Assembly (NCBI GenBank): GCA_013374835.1
Contig: CP055307.1
Span: 343,315-407,314 of the forward strand
Length of the DNA stretch: 64,000 nucleotides
Direction of reading: 5' to 3'
Source: Candidatus Woesebacteria bacterium
Lineage (GTDB): Bacteria > Patescibacteriota > Microgenomatia > UBA8517
This document shows, piece after piece, positions 1-11,361 of the stretch. Both the position numbers and the translations under genes were made by a program. The notes beneath the pieces are model-generated. The model did not search any database, had not been told where the DNA came from, and worked only from the letters and a program-made list of their open reading frames with translations. Each line of letters begins with the position of its first letter. Position 1 is the stretch's first letter.

Positions 1-273
1 GGATACCGTGTTGAATTGAGGGAAAAAACTTTGTTGTTGAATGTGGGTTACTCTCATCCTGTTGAGTTTGATGTACCCGATGGTATTCAGGTAACTATTG
101 AGAAATCAACGATTAATCTCGAAGGAATTGATAAAGAATTGGTCGGAGGTTTTGCTGCTAAAATTAGGGCATCTAGAAAACCTGAGCCATATAAAGGTAC
201 TGGAATAAGATATATAGATGAAGTTGTTCGAAGAAAGCCTGGAAAGCAGGCGGCAAAGACGGGAGCTGGTTAA
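1..273 (+). CDS. rplF: 50S ribosomal protein L6 (5' truncated by window edge)
   Basis: GYR...[19 protein letters not shown] motifs; spc operon position. Confidence 0.97.
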   Translation, partial: GYRVELREKTLLLNVGYSHPVEFDVPDGIQVTIEKSTINLEGIDKELVGGFAAKIRASRKPEPYKGTGIRYIDEVVRRKPGKQAAKTGAG

Positions 274-275
274 TT

Positions 276-590
276 ATGAAAAGCAAGCTAGAAAAAAGAT
301 ATAGAAGAAAAAGAAAGATAAGATCGAGAATATCGGGGAGTTCGGATAGACCCAGAATTAGTATTTTTCGATCAAATAAGTATTTCTATTTGCAATTAAT
401 AGATGATGAAAAGAGTGAGACTTTAGCGCATGTTTTTGGCAAGGATCCCGTGGAAACAGGTAAAAAAATGCTTGAGCTTATGTTAAAAAAGAAGATAAAG
501 CAGGCTGTTTTCGATAGGGGCGGATACAAATATCATGGAAACGTCAAAAAAATTGCAGAAACGTTGAGGGAAGGGGGGATTAAATTCTAA
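276..590 (+). CDS. rplR: 50S ribosomal protein L18
   Basis: RPRISIFRSNKY, VFDRGGYKYHGNVK. Confidence 0.97.
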   Translation: MKSKLEKRYRRKRKIRSRISGSSDRPRISIFRSNKYFYLQLIDDEKSETLAHVFGKDPVETGKKMLELMLKKKIKQAVFDRGGYKYHGNVKKIAETLREGGIKF

Positions 591-1042
591 TGGATGAGTT
601 TGATGAAAAAGTAGTTGAGATTAATCGCATATCAAAGAAAACAAAAGGTGGAAATACGATTCGTTTTAACGCTTTGGTGGTGGTTGGTGATAAAAAGGGA
701 AAAGTAGGTGCCGGGCATTCTAAGGCTTTGGATGTGAGAGAGGCAATAAAAAAAGCCTCTTCTTATGCAAGAAAGCACATGTTTGAAGTCCCGATTAAGG
801 GTAAGACTATCCCTTTTGAAATAGAGAAAAAATTTGGTGCGGCACATATTATTCTTCGTCCGGCTCCTCCCGGAAGCGGAATTATCGCTGGAGGGCCGAT
901 GAGGATTGTTCTGGAATCGGCAGGTATTTTAAATGCTTCAGGAAAAATTTTGGGAACAAAAAACAAAGTTGCGAATGTTTACGCAACCCTTGATGCTTTG
1001 AAAGATTTATCTAGATTATCAAAAAGAAGGGAGGAGAAATGA
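590..1042 (+). CDS. rpsE: 30S ribosomal protein S5
   Basis: [28 protein letters not shown]. Confidence 0.97.
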   Translation: MDEFDEKVVEINRISKKTKGGNTIRFNALVVVGDKKGKVGAGHSKALDVREAIKKASSYARKHMFEVPIKGKTIPFEIEKKFGAAHIILRPAPPGSGIIAGGPMRIVLESAGILNASGKILGTKNKVANVYATLDALKDLSRLSKRREEK

Positions 1043-1485
1043 AGTATATGGATTTACCAAAAATAGTAAATAAAAGAAAAAAAAGAAAGGGCAGGGGTTA
1101 TGGAAGCGGAAAAGGTGGGCATACTAGTGGCCGTGGAACCAAAGGACAAAAATCTAGAGGAAAGATAGGCATTCTTTTTGAGGGTGTAAAGGTTAAAAAA
1201 TCTTTATTAAGGAGGCTTCCTATTTCCAGGGGGAAGGGTAAATTCAAAGCAAAAGATAAACCTGTTGTTATTAAGACAGGTGAGCTTAATAAATTGAAAA
1301 ATGGAAGTGTACTTAATGTAAAAACTCTATTTGCTGCAAAACTTATTGAGGAGAAGAAGATCGGGAAAGGTGGAGTTAAAGTATTAGCAGGAGGGGAAAA
1401 GCTTGAAAAGAAAATTATTTTAAAATTGCCAGCTTCGAAGCGTGCTATCGAAATAATAAAACAAGCCGGGGGAAGCGTTAAATGA
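1039..1485 (+). CDS. rplO: 50S ribosomal protein L15
   Basis: [23 protein letters not shown]. Confidence 0.97.
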   Translation: MKYMDLPKIVNKRKKRKGRGYGSGKGGHTSGRGTKGQKSRGKIGILFEGVKVKKSLLRRLPISRGKGKFKAKDKPVVIKTGELNKLKNGSVLNVKTLFAAKLIEEKKIGKGGVKVLAGGEKLEKKIILKLPASKRAIEIIKQAGGSVK

Positions 1486-2771
1486 TTTCAAAAATTACAG
1501 ACTTTTTTTATAAAAGCATTAAGTCTCCTGCAGTAAGGAAAAAGATTTTGATTACTGCTGTAATTCTTGTTTTTTTTAGATTTGCAGCCCATATTCCTGC
1601 GGCTGGGATAGATAGGACTTCTCTGAGGGTTCTTTTTGGGGGAAGTGCTTTGCTTTCTCTATTAGATGTCTTTTCTGGAGGGACACTTGCTAATTTTTCA
1701 GTAATGGCTTTGGGTCTTACGCCTTATATTAATGCATCGATTATTATGCAATTGCTTACTTTTGTGGTGCCTCGATTTGAAGAGCTTTCAAAGGAGGGTG
1801 AGTTTGGGCAGGAAAAGATTAATCAATACACAAGATTTATTACGATTCCACTTTCGGTTTTTCAGGCATTTGGAATGTACATGCTTCTTAAAAGCCAGGG
1901 GGTAATTCAGGGGCTTTCTGCTCTTTCCTTGGTTGCACTCGTTGTTACCATGGTAGCGGGCACGATGCTTGCTATTTGGATGGGCGAGCTTATTACAGAG
2001 TATGGTGTTGGAAACGGAGTATCTTTTTTGATATTTGCGGGCATAGTTGCCAGACTTCCGGTTTCTGTGGGTAGATCTTTTTCTACTTATCAATCCCAGA
2101 ATTTATTTAGTTTATTGATTTTTGCCATACTTTCCGTAGTTACAATAGCTCTTATTGTTTTTGTAAATGAGGCCACAAGAAAGATTCCTATAAATTATGC
2201 TAGGCAGTCGAGACGGGTTGTTAGTGGTATTAATTCAACCTATATTCCCTTGCGTGTTAATCAAGCCGGGGTAATACCGATTATTTTTGCTGTTTCTTTA
2301 GTTTTAATACCTTCTATGTTAGGGCAATTTTTAGGTACAGTAGAAAATTCGAGTGTTTCAAGTTTTGCAAACCGACTGGTTACTCTTTTTGATCCCCAGT
2401 CTTTTTTGTATAATGCGTTTTATTTTCTTTTGGTTGTTGGTTTTACTTATTTTTATACTTCGGTAGTTTTTAACCCAGAAAAAATTTCGGAAAATTTACA
2501 AAAAAATGGCGCGTTCATCCCGGGAATAAGACCGGGAAGCCATACTCTTAAATATTTGAATTACGTACTAAATAGAATTACTTTGGTTGGTGCCTTGTTT
2601 TTGGGATTTGTGGCTATTCTACCTTCTTTGATGCAAGTTTTTTTGGGGATATCGAATCTTGTTATTGGAGGTACAGGGATACTTATTGTTGTGTCTGTGG
2701 TGCTTGAGGTGACTCGAGATCTGGAAGCTCAGCTTGTGATGCGCAAATATGAGGGGATATTAAAAAAATGA
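1482..2771 (+). CDS. secY: Preprotein translocase subunit SecY
   Basis: [30 protein letters not shown]; multiple TM segments. Confidence 0.98.
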   Translation: MISKITDFFYKSIKSPAVRKKILITAVILVFFRFAAHIPAAGIDRTSLRVLFGGSALLSLLDVFSGGTLANFSVMALGLTPYINASIIMQLLTFVVPRFEELSKEGEFGQEKINQYTRFITIPLSVFQAFGMYMLLKSQGVIQGLSALSLVALVVTMVAGTMLAIWMGELITEYGVGNGVSFLIFAGIVARLPVSVGRSFSTYQSQNLFSLLIFAILSVVTIALIVFVNEATRKIPINYARQSRRVVSGINSTYIPLRVNQAGVIPIIFAVSLVLIPSMLGQFLGTVENSSVSSFANRLVTLFDPQSFLYNAFYFLLVVGFTYFYTSVVFNPEKISENLQKNGAFIPGIRPGSHTLKYLNYVLNRITLVGALFLGFVAILPSLMQVFLGISNLVIGGTGILIVVSVVLEVTRDLEAQLVMRKYEGILKK

Positions 2772-3415
2772 ATTTAATAATAATGGGGCCTCAGGGCTCG
2801 GGAAAAGGAACACAGGCTGATCTTTTGTCTGAACGAATGGGATTTTATCATATTGAAAGTGGAAAACTTTTACGAGAATTAGCGCAGCGCGATAGTGAAG
2901 TTTACGAGCTTATTTACAAAAAGGGTGAGCTTTATCCTGATCAAGGTACGCTTAATTTGATTGCTCAAGATTTGAAGGTAAATAATTCTCTAAAAAAACG
3001 GAAAGTTTTTGACGGGTTCCCTAGAACCAAAAGTCAATATTCGATTTTGAAGAAGTGGTTATCTAAGATTAATCAGAGGATTGATCTTGTTGTTTTTATT
3101 AATATAAGCGAGCAGGAGACGGTTAAAAGGCTTTCTGCCAGAAGAACCTGTGTTAAGTGTGGAACTGTTTATAATCTTATTACTAATCCTCCGAGTAATC
3201 CGGGTAGATGTAAATGTGGAGGGCGTTTGGTACAAAGAGCCGATGATAAAGAGGAGACTATTAAAAAGAGGCTTAGTTTGTTTAAAAGAGAAACCAAGCC
3301 ACTTATTTCGGAGATAGAAAAAGATGGGATTTTGATTGAAATTGATGGAGAACGTCCGATTGAAGAAATTTTTTTGGATATTAAAAATGCCATAGAAAAG
3401 ATTAAAAATGAATAA
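2768..3415 (+). CDS. adk: Adenylate kinase
   Basis: [12 protein letters not shown]-loop, DGFPRT, Cys-containing lid, QRADD. Confidence 0.96.
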   Translation: MNLIIMGPQGSGKGTQADLLSERMGFYHIESGKLLRELAQRDSEVYELIYKKGELYPDQGTLNLIAQDLKVNNSLKKRKVFDGFPRTKSQYSILKKWLSKINQRIDLVVFINISEQETVKRLSARRTCVKCGTVYNLITNPPSNPGRCKCGGRLVQRADDKEETIKKRLSLFKRETKPLISEIEKDGILIEIDGERPIEEIFLDIKNAIEKIKNE

Positions 3416-4163
3416 ATTGAGTATAAAAAGTAAAAAAGAGTTGGATATTATGAGAGAAGGGGGTAGAAAGCTTTCGAAGGTGAAGCATGAGCTTTCGAGC
3501 CTTGTTCGCTCTGGTGTAAGTGCCTATGATATTGAAGAAGCAGCTACAAATTATATAGAAAAGCTTGGCTGTAAGCCTTCTTTTAAGATGGTTCCGGGAT
3601 ATAGATGGTCTACATGTGTTAATGTGAATGAGGGGGTTGTTCACGGGATTCCTAAAAAGGATGTTATTTTTAAGGACGGAGATGTTGTAAGTATTGATCT
3701 TGGGATTTTTTACAAGGGGTTTCATACAGATACATCTGTGTCTTTATTGATAGGTGATAATTTGGAGAAAGAAAAGTTTTTAGAAGCGGGAAGAACAGCT
3801 CTTTCGGGAGCAATTTCTTCAATTAAATTGGGTGGCAAGATAGGGGACATTTCTTATGCAATTGAAAAAACCATAACTTCATTCGGCTATACTCCTATTA
3901 GTTCGTTGACGGGTCATGGAATAGGTAGATGTTTGCATGAGGACCCGAGGATACCATGTATTTTGGCTGGGACGCCGGATGAATTTGTGGAGATTAAGGA
4001 GGGTATGGCTTTGGCAGTTGAGGTAATGTATACGATGGGCAGAGATGAGCTGGTCACAATGGGTGACGGTTGGACAATAAGCACAAAAGATGCTAAAATA
4101 TCAGCGCTTTTTGAAGAGACCGTGGCCGTTTATGGCAACGGTCATGTTGTTTTGACTGAATAA
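3408..4163 (+). CDS. map: Methionine aminopeptidase type I
   Basis: VVHGIP, GHGIG..LHEDP, secY-adk-map synteny. Confidence 0.96.
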   Translation: MNKLSIKSKKELDIMREGGRKLSKVKHELSSLVRSGVSAYDIEEAATNYIEKLGCKPSFKMVPGYRWSTCVNVNEGVVHGIPKKDVIFKDGDVVSIDLGIFYKGFHTDTSVSLLIGDNLEKEKFLEAGRTALSGAISSIKLGGKIGDISYAIEKTITSFGYTPISSLTGHGIGRCLHEDPRIPCILAGTPDEFVEIKEGMALAVEVMYTMGRDELVTMGDGWTISTKDAKISALFEETVAVYGNGHVVLTE

Positions 4164-4169
4164 ATAATT

Positions 4170-4406
4170 ATGGTATTAAAAAATACGATTTTAATCGGTG
4201 AAGTAACTGAGCTTTTGCCGAATACTATGTTTAGAATTAAGCTTGACGATGGGCGTTTGATATTGGCTGTGCCTTCAGGAAAGATGAGGAGAGGTTTTAT
4301 GCGAGTTATGCCCGGAGATAAGGTAAAGGTTGAGGTAACTCCATATGATGAAAACCGGGGGAGAATTGTTTATAAGCTTGGAAAAAAGGAGGATCATGAA
4401 AGTTAG
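4170..4406 (+). CDS. infA: Translation initiation factor IF-1
   Basis: [33 protein letters not shown]. Confidence 0.96.
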   Translation: MVLKNTILIGEVTELLPNTMFRIKLDDGRLILAVPSGKMRRGFMRVMPGDKVKVEVTPYDENRGRIVYKLGKKEDHES

Positions 4407-4509
4407 ATCATCTATAAAGAAAATATGCAACAATTGCAAGATAGTAAAAAGAAAGGGTGTTTTGTATGTTATTTGTACGAACCCCAAGCATAAACAACGT
4501 CAAGGATAA
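4396..4509 (+). CDS. rpmJ: 50S ribosomal protein L36 (Zn-binding form), missed by ORF track
   Basis: Manual translation [37 protein letters not shown]. Confidence 0.96.
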   Translation: MKVRSSIKKICNNCKIVKRKGVLYVICTNPKHKQRQG

Positions 4510-4511
4510 AA

Positions 4512-4919
4512 ATGGCTAGAATTGCAGGAATAGATTTACAGGACAGTTGGAGAGTGGGTTTCGCTCTTACTAAAATTAAAGGAATAGGCTGGAGTAGATC
4601 GGATGAGATAGTAAGCTCGCTTAAGCTTGATCCGAGTCTTCGTGTGAAGGATCTTTCAAACGAAGATTTGACCAGGATTGCAGGTAAGCTTGAAGAATAT
4701 GTTGTTGAGGGAGATTTGTTAAGAAAGGTAAGGGAGGATATTCAGAGATTAAAATCTATTGGAAGCTATCGGGGAATAAGACACACAAGAGGATTGCCGG
4801 TTAGAGGACAAAGGACGAAATCTAATGCGAGAACTAAGAGGGGAAAGAGAAGAACAGTAGGTGCATTTAAGAAAGAGGCTCTCGCAAAGATGGGTTCGAC
4901 TAAGAAGGAGGAAAAGTAA
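4512..4919 (+). CDS. rpsM: 30S ribosomal protein S13
   Basis: MARIAG, YRGIRH..GLPVRGQRTKSNARTKRG. Confidence 0.98.
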   Translation: MARIAGIDLQDSWRVGFALTKIKGIGWSRSDEIVSSLKLDPSLRVKDLSNEDLTRIAGKLEEYVVEGDLLRKVREDIQRLKSIGSYRGIRHTRGLPVRGQRTKSNARTKRGKRRTVGAFKKEALAKMGSTKKEEK

Positions 4920-4920
4920 A

Positions 4921-5301
4921 ATGGCTAAATCAAAAAAAGGGGGAACAAAAGTAGTTAAAACCGGAAAAATTTATATTTCCGCAAGTTTTAATAATACTCT
5001 AATAACAATAACAGACGAAGAAGGTGCTACTATTTGTTGGGGATCTTCGGGAAAGAGTGGTTTTAAGGGTACGAGAAAAGCAACTCCTTATGCAGCCACT
5101 TTGGCGGTTGAGCAGGTGGTTCGAAAAGCAGTTGAAGAATACGGCATGAGTGATGCAGCTGTTTATATAAAAGGGCCAGGTCCGGGAAGAGAGGCTTCCT
5201 TAAGGGCAATAAAGGCTGCGGGAATTAAGATTAATATGATTGCTGATGTTACACCCATGCCTCATGATGGGCCGAGGCCAAAGAAGAAAAGGAGGGTTTA
5301 A
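4921..5301 (+). CDS. rpsK: 30S ribosomal protein S11
   Basis: SFNNTLITITD, GFKGTRKATPYAA, KGPGPGRE; ATG at 4921 preferred. Confidence 0.97.
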   Translation: MAKSKKGGTKVVKTGKIYISASFNNTLITITDEEGATICWGSSGKSGFKGTRKATPYAATLAVEQVVRKAVEEYGMSDAAVYIKGPGPGREASLRAIKAAGIKINMIADVTPMPHDGPRPKKKRRV

Positions 5302-5304
5302 AAT

Positions 5305-5907
5305 ATGGGAAGATACACGGGTCCTAAAGATAGATTATCAAGAAGGGAGGGTTTTGATCTTTTTTCAAAAGGTTCTAAGCTTACCCGCGTAAATGTTACA
5401 CCAGGCGTGCATGGCCCGAAAGGTATTAGTAGAGCCGCTTCACAATATGGAAGACAGCTTAGGGAAAAGCAAAAAGTAAAGAGATTTTATGGTCTTTATG
5501 AGAGACAGTTTAAAAGATATATGGCTCAAGCTTTGAAAACAAAGGGCAATACTTCGGATGCATTGTTTTCGATATTGGAAAGAAGACTTGACAACGTTGT
5601 TGTCAGGTTGGGGTTTGCAAATACAAGAGCGCAGGCGAGACAACTTGTAAGCCACAGACACGTATTGGTAAACGGCAAGAAAGTAAATATCCCATCGTAT
5701 TTGGTTAAAAAAGGTGATACAATAACCCTTTCTTCAAAGGCTATTGAAATACCATCGATTGCCAAGCTTTTGAAGGAAAAGGATTTAAAGATTCCCGGCT
5801 GGTTAAAGAAAAAAGGAGCTGTGGGTAAGATTGATAGTGAACCTGTTAGAGATGATGTTAATGAGCCTTTTAATGAGGCAGATATAATTGAGTTTTATTC
5901 TAGATAA
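5305..5907 (+). CDS. rpsD: 30S ribosomal protein S4
   Basis: MGRYTGP, QLREKQK, LERRLDNVV, ARQLVSHRH, IIEFYSR. Confidence 0.98.
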   Translation: MGRYTGPKDRLSRREGFDLFSKGSKLTRVNVTPGVHGPKGISRAASQYGRQLREKQKVKRFYGLYERQFKRYMAQALKTKGNTSDALFSILERRLDNVVVRLGFANTRAQARQLVSHRHVLVNGKKVNIPSYLVKKGDTITLSSKAIEIPSIAKLLKEKDLKIPGWLKKKGAVGKIDSEPVRDDVNEPFNEADIIEFYSR

Positions 5908-5931
5908 AATTGAGCAAGGAGGTGACGCATA

Positions 5932-6846
5932 ATGGAGCCATTGTTTGAGATTAAAGAAGAAAAAAGCCAAGAAAACTACTCAAAGTTTGTTTTAAGTCCT
6001 TTGAAAGAGGGCTATGGATATACATTGGGAAATTCTTTAAGAAGAGTACTTTTATCCAGCTTAAAAGGAGCTGCAATTACAAGCGTAAAGATTTCAGGAG
6101 TTAAGCATCAATTTTCTACTCTTAAGGGAATGAAAGAGGATGTTTTGGATTTTTTGTTGAACCTTAAAAGGGTGAGGATTTCTTATGAAGGGGATAAACC
6201 TTTAAAGGCGACATTAAGCGCAAGAGATGCGGGTGAGGTAAAAGCTTCGGATATTAAAATTTCGGGAGACGCAAAGATAGCAAATCCGGATCTTGTTTTG
6301 GCTAATCTTTCAAAGGGTGCCAAACTTGACGTTGAGATGGAGATTAAAAGTGGTGTCGGATATCTTTCGGCTGATGAACGGGATGAGGATAAAGCTATTG
6401 GAGTAATACCTTTGGATGCCATTTTTTCACCTGTTTTGCGTGTGAGCTATAAAGTTGAAGAAACCCGTGTGGGTAGGGTAACTAACTATGATAAGTTGAC
6501 TATTGAGATTTGGACTGATGGAACAGTAGAGCCTGAGTCTGCTTTGCGTTCGGCTGCCGAGATATTGGTTGCTTATTTTAATCAGATTGTTAATCCTAAA
6601 AAGGTAGAGAAAAAAGAAAGCGAGATAAAAGATGACGGACTTGGAATGGTAGGTAAGCTTTCGGTTGAGGAGATAGGGCTTCCTACTCGTGTGGCCAACG
6701 CTTTGAGCAAAGCTGGTTATGAAACTGTAGAAAAGCTTGTAAAGGCAGATCCGGCTGAGTTGATAAAGGTTAGAAATCTTGGTGATAAATCAATAAAGAT
6801 AATTAAAGCTGCTTTAAAGGAGAAGGGGGTAGAGTTTAATGCGTAA
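5932..6846 (+). CDS. rpoA: RNA polymerase alpha subunit
   Basis: GYGYTLGNSLRRVLLSSL, DAIFSPV, alpha-CTD RNLGDKS; SD AAGGAGGTGA upstream. Confidence 0.98.
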   Translation: MEPLFEIKEEKSQENYSKFVLSPLKEGYGYTLGNSLRRVLLSSLKGAAITSVKISGVKHQFSTLKGMKEDVLDFLLNLKRVRISYEGDKPLKATLSARDAGEVKASDIKISGDAKIANPDLVLANLSKGAKLDVEMEIKSGVGYLSADERDEDKAIGVIPLDAIFSPVLRVSYKVEETRVGRVTNYDKLTIEIWTDGTVEPESALRSAAEILVAYFNQIVNPKKVEKKESEIKDDGLGMVGKLSVEEIGLPTRVANALSKAGYETVEKLVKADPAELIKVRNLGDKSIKIIKAALKEKGVEFNA

Positions 6847-7282
6847 GAGGGTTTACGGAAGAAAGCTAAATAGATCACGAAGATCAAGAACGGCGCTTTT
6901 TAGATCTTTAATTCGTTCTTTGGCAAAGAACGGAAGGATTAAGACTACTTTGGCAAAGGCCAAGGCAGTTCAGCCCGAAGTTGATAAAATGATTGGCCTT
7001 TTAAAGCAGGAGACGGTTTCTTCCAGGAGGTTGGTTTATTCTAGATTGGGAAACGATAGGTTCACAACAGACGAGCTTTATAGGGTGAGCAAGTTTATGA
7101 AAGACAAGGTGTCTGGATTTACGAAACTTACTCACTTGTCTTTCAGAAGCGGTGATAATGCCGAAATGGCGATGCTTGAGTGGTCAAGTAGTGTAGGCTC
7201 TTTAGAGAGTGAGAAAAAAAAGAGGGTTAAAAAGAGCATAAAGAAAGGAAAGGATGAAAAAGACGTACCAGCCAAAAAGTAA
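6839..7282 (+). CDS. rplQ: 50S ribosomal protein L17
   Basis: GRKLNR, IKTTLAKAK, RSGDNAEMA. Confidence 0.95.
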   Translation: MRKRVYGRKLNRSRRSRTALFRSLIRSLAKNGRIKTTLAKAKAVQPEVDKMIGLLKQETVSSRRLVYSRLGNDRFTTDELYRVSKFMKDKVSGFTKLTHLSFRSGDNAEMAMLEWSSSVGSLESEKKKRVKKSIKKGKDEKDVPAKK

Positions 7283-7694
7283 AGATGTTGATCGCAAGTG
7301 GCACTTGATAGATGCTAAAGATGTAGTTCTTGGCAGACTTGCAACGCAAGTGGCGAATCTTCTTATGGGTAAGCATAAGAGAGATTATGCGAACCATATT
7401 GATATGGGTGACTGGGTGGTAGTAATTAATTCAAAGGATATCAAAGTTACAGGAAGGAAAGAATCCCAAAAACTTTACTACAAACATTCGGGATATCCGG
7501 GAGGATTTAAAGAAGTTTCGTACGCAAAGTTAAAAAAAGAGCGACCTGAGAGAATAATTGAACTTGCCGTATCTCGCATGCTTCCTAAAAATAGGCTTCA
7601 GAGCATTCGTATGGGTAGGTTAAAGGTGTTTGCCGGAAGTGAGCATATTTATGAAGAAAAATTTGGAAAGGGGGAGAAAAATAATGCCAGCTAA
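7254..7694 (+). CDS. rplM: 50S ribosomal protein L13
   Basis: WHLIDA..VLGRLATQVA, HSGYPGG, MLPKNRL. Confidence 0.97.
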   Translation: MKKTYQPKSKDVDRKWHLIDAKDVVLGRLATQVANLLMGKHKRDYANHIDMGDWVVVINSKDIKVTGRKESQKLYYKHSGYPGGFKEVSYAKLKKERPERIIELAVSRMLPKNRLQSIRMGRLKVFAGSEHIYEEKFGKGEKNNAS

Positions 7695-8100
7695 GCGAGA
7701 AACCAAAAGGAACTATGTTTACGCCGTTGGGAGAAGAAGATCTGCTTCTTGTAGGGTGCGTTTATTTAAAGGAGATAAAGAAAGCGTTGTAAATGGAGAG
7801 GTAATTGGTAATTATTTTCCAGGTCAGGTTATGAGAAAGGCTTGGCTTAGACCTTTTGAGGTTACCGAGACTTTAGGAAAATATTATATTAGTGCAAAAA
7901 TAGTTGGTGGTGGGAAAAAAGGGCAGCTTGATGCACTTGTTCTTGCTATTTCCCGCGCATTTAGCAAGCTTGATATTGAAAAGTATAAGCCTCTACTTAA
8001 AAAGCAGGGGCTTTTAACCCGTGATGCGCGTATAAGGCAAAGAAGAATGGTGGGCACAGGAGGGAAGGCGAGAAGAAAAAAGCAGTCTCCAAAGCGTTAA
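7684..8100 (+). CDS. rpsI: 30S ribosomal protein S9
   Basis: GRRRSASCRV, GGGKKGQ, LLTRDAR, ARRKKQSPKR. Confidence 0.96.
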   Translation: MPAKRETKRNYVYAVGRRRSASCRVRLFKGDKESVVNGEVIGNYFPGQVMRKAWLRPFEVTETLGKYYISAKIVGGGKKGQLDALVLAISRAFSKLDIEKYKPLLKKQGLLTRDARIRQRRMVGTGGKARRKKQSPKR

Positions 8101-8594
8101 TATTTGAATATTTTGCCTACAGTTATTCCAATTAATACGGCTGTCCCACCGAGAAGAAACATTTTTATTGCGTGTTTAAGAGAATTGATTTTTAGAAACT
8201 TGGAGCTTATTGAACCAAGAAAAAAAAGGCTGGTTAAGGATACAGCTATTGAAATTGGGAGCGCTTTTGATGGATTAAAGACCAGATATGGCGTGAGTGG
8301 AATGAATCCTGAAAAAAAATACGCAAGAAGCATAATAATTGCTCCTTGTACGGAGCTTTTTTGAGAATTTTTTGTTTTGAGGAAATCTTCGGAAATGTCT
8401 TGTGACAGATAGCTTCCTATGCCCATTGAAGTTGCTTCTACAAATATCAAAACAACGCCTGTTAAAAAAATTTCACTTTTATCTATACCTGCCGTTGCTA
8501 TACCAGAGAGTAAACCTAGTGTTGAGACTAAGCTATCTTCTACCCCGAAAATAAAGTTCCTTATATAAGACTCTTTTTTTTGGGCATTTATCAT
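8097..8594 (-). CDS. VIT1/CCC1 family metal transporter
   Basis: FIFGVEDSLVST, SMGIGSYLS, IPLTPY; hydrophobic. Confidence 0.85.
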   Translation of the reverse strand: MINAQKKESYIRNFIFGVEDSLVSTLGLLSGIATAGIDKSEIFLTGVVLIFVEATSMGIGSYLSQDISEDFLKTKNSQKSSVQGAIIMLLAYFFSGFIPLTPYLVFNPSKALPISIAVSLTSLFFLGSISSKFLKINSLKHAIKMFLLGGTAVLIGITVGKIFKY

Positions 8595-8816
8595 AAAAAT
8601 TCGCTTTTTAAGTTTCGATTCAATTTAGCTATGCCCATTCTTTTTGTTGTCAGAGGTAAAATAATTGTTATAGAAATTGTTATACCCATTGGTTTAATAA
8701 TAATCTATTTATGTGTTTTGGTGAAATCATAAAATTTGGCTGCTTCTTGACAAGCTGGGGTGAGGTAGATTATTTTTAGCTTAGTCTAGGTTAGATAGCG
8801 AGAGGGGGTGATATTA

Positions 8817-9023
8817 ATGAATTCGGTACAGTTTTATGATGTTAAGAAGCGCGCCAAGGTAGATGTCCCTGTAAGTCAATGCTGGAAGACTAAATACGAG
8901 AGGCAGACTAAAGATGGTGGAATGCAAGTTAGGTATGCTGTAAAGGCAGAAGTTGACGGGAGCAAACTTACTAAATTTGTAAGCAAAGATGCTTGGGACA
9001 GCCTGAGTTGCCCCGAAAAGTAA
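8817..9023 (+). CDS. Small basic beta-rich protein, CC1/Cren7/DUF5679-like candidate DNA-binding protein
   Basis: 68 aa from ATG 8817 after SD-like AGGGGGTGA; TTGACA upstream; own terminator; FYDVK...YAVKA...GSKLTKF pattern. Confidence 0.6.
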   Translation: MNSVQFYDVKKRAKVDVPVSQCWKTKYERQTKDGGMQVRYAVKAEVDGSKLTKFVSKDAWDSLSCPEK

Positions 9024-9041
9024 GGTTGAAGCTTACTAAAA

Positions 9042-9079
9042 TCAAAAACCCCGTTGGAGTTAACCTACGGGGTTTTTGA
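9042..9079. terminator. Bidirectional intrinsic terminator
   Basis: TCAAAAACCCCGT...ACGGGGTTTTTGA inverted repeat with A/T tails. Confidence 0.8.
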
Positions 9080-9174
9080 ATTGAGAAATTTGGTTGTAAT
9101 TGCTGAATGAAGTGCGAACCTTTTTCGAGCGAGATTCTGACTGATGCCGCGTTTGCGGCGCGGTAGAAATCAAA

Positions 9175-9261
9175 CCGCTTGGATAGATGGTTTTGGGACA
9201 TGTCCTTTTATAGGCGGTACTTTTGTATGTTCTTACCGATGGTCGCCTTATTCTTTGACAT
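9175..9261 (-). pseudogene. Xre-family HTH regulator remnant
   Basis: MSKNKATIGKNIQKYRL*KDMSQNHLSKR with in-frame stop, then similarity lost. Confidence 0.55.
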
Positions 9262-11361
9262 AGTCTTAAAACTTTATAAACATAGTTGTATATAATCTAA
9301 TTCTTGCTTTAGTCAACAAATAGGGAATTCCGTTCAGTGAAACTGATGCATTGCCTTCGTCTTCAAACGTACTACTTTCCTGTAAAACTTTGAGTAAAGT
9401 CTGGAAGGGAAGGTTTAGTCATTTGTTGCCACTTTTCATCAGTAAGCCGGTCTGAAATAGGATATTTAAATTCGTAGTACGAGAAAATTGCACCAGAAGT
9501 CAAATATAAGTCACCGCTCTCTTTTACCACTACCAACAAATTCATCGGTTTTCCAACTCCTTCTTCAAGAACTTGAGCAGTATTGCCGTCTGTGTGAACA
9601 TCGACAATAATTTCCATTTTTGTATCCGTCTCCGAAGTGATTTTTTCTGTTTCCGCCGCCGAAAAAGTTACGAGGCCTTCAAGTGTACCACCTATGCTTT
9701 TAATAAAATCGTAATCGTTCTTTTCTAAATCTTTATTAGTTAGCTCTTTTTCAGATATTGCCTTCAAAGTCAAAAGTACTTCTTCCATTATTGTAAGTTT
9801 GCCTTTGTATTCGTCAATCAACAAATTTCTCGACTCCAATCCCTCCCGCATGAATTTTGCCAAGGAAGCAAGGCGAGCATATACTTCAGCATTGGGTTCC
9901 ACATAACCGCGGTTTTCTAGTTTAGGTTTTTGGGGTTCGACGCTGGTAGTAATAAGACCTGAACTTTGTTTTGCGTAAAGAATCGTGTCGTGTCGCAACT
10001 CTGTCCAAGAACCCAAAAATGAATTGATGTCTTTATCAAGCCAAGAAATCTGCTGCATAAAGACAGGATAACCATTTCCTTTTACTGTGAGTGTTGGTAG
10101 TAGAGAATATAACCAGTTCCAATACAAGTTTTCCGTCCACTGATTTTGTGGAAGCGATGAAAATTCTTGTTTGAGTTTTTGAAATTGTTCATTGTACTTG
10201 TCAAAAGCAGAATCTCTTTCCTTGTCAAGAATTTCTTTTGCTCTCTGTGACCCCAAGACAGCAGCTACATCTAGACCCCTTGGAAAAACTCTGACTGTTC
10301 TCACTCCATCTAAAGTTTCAATTGCTTCGGCTGTAAATGGTTTTGACCCGCTGCCAGTGTAATCTTGAATTTTGGGAAAAACGAGCTGTTGGAACATGTA
10401 AGAGTCTGGGATAAAACGTTGCCCCATAAACCGAAAACCTTTTGTTACCTTAGTGGGATCTTCACTTTCCAAAACAAATGAAGATGAAATTTCAGGAGTT
10501 GGTAATGCTTTAAGTTCGGCGATAATCTGATCAATTTTATTGTCATCAGCAAGGCTATTGACAGTCACACTTTCTCCAAAAACTTTTTTCATTACCCCCA
10601 AATAGTCATAAATATTAAGATCGTCCGCCTTGCCAACAAAGAAGACAGTCGGTTGATAAATTCTATCCCAAACTTTTAATGCGTCTTCTTGATTAACTTT
10701 TACTTGTTTGAGCATTAGGGAAATCAGCAAAGCTTGGCGGGTTTCCTCTCTCCCTTTTTCCTTGTCAGTTTGTTGCCCTATTATTCCTATTGGCGGTTCG
10801 ATTCTGAACATCATTCTTCCATACCACATCATTGTTTTGAAATATTTTTTGAAATCCTCGTTTCTAGTGTAATGTCCTCGCGGAACATATTGACTGTAGT
10901 CTTCTTTGTATCCAAAAATAGGCGACTCTTGAAAACCAGAGTGATTTTCAATCAGATTTAATTCTCGGTCTACAAGGTCCTTAACATCGGACGGAATTGC
11001 CGTTTCCGGCTCAAGCAATTTTGAAGCAACAGTAAAATACGCAACATTCTTTTTGGCGGCAGATTTTAAACCAGGGTCGCTAACGCTACTATATTGACTT
11101 AAAGCGTTTTGTAGCAATACTTTATTTAGGTTTTTTAGATCAGGAATAAACTTATTTATTTCTAAATTTCGCAAAGTATAGTCATAAAGGATATGATAGG
11201 TGTGTAAAACAGAATCAGTGGTTATAAAATTCGGTCTAGCGTTTTCAATATTATCTTGGTAAATAGAGTAAATTTGATTAAAGTCACTGGGTATAGCAGC
11301 AAAACCTTGTTTTGTTAATTTCTGTTTCGTTTTACTATCTAAACTAAATTTTTTCATATTT

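Noticed and set aside
1-8100. Alternative genetic code (UGA=Gly as in Gracilibacteria/SR1)
   Set aside because: Core genes are full length under code 11, and TGA is used as a normal stop (e.g. rpsE, rplO, secY).
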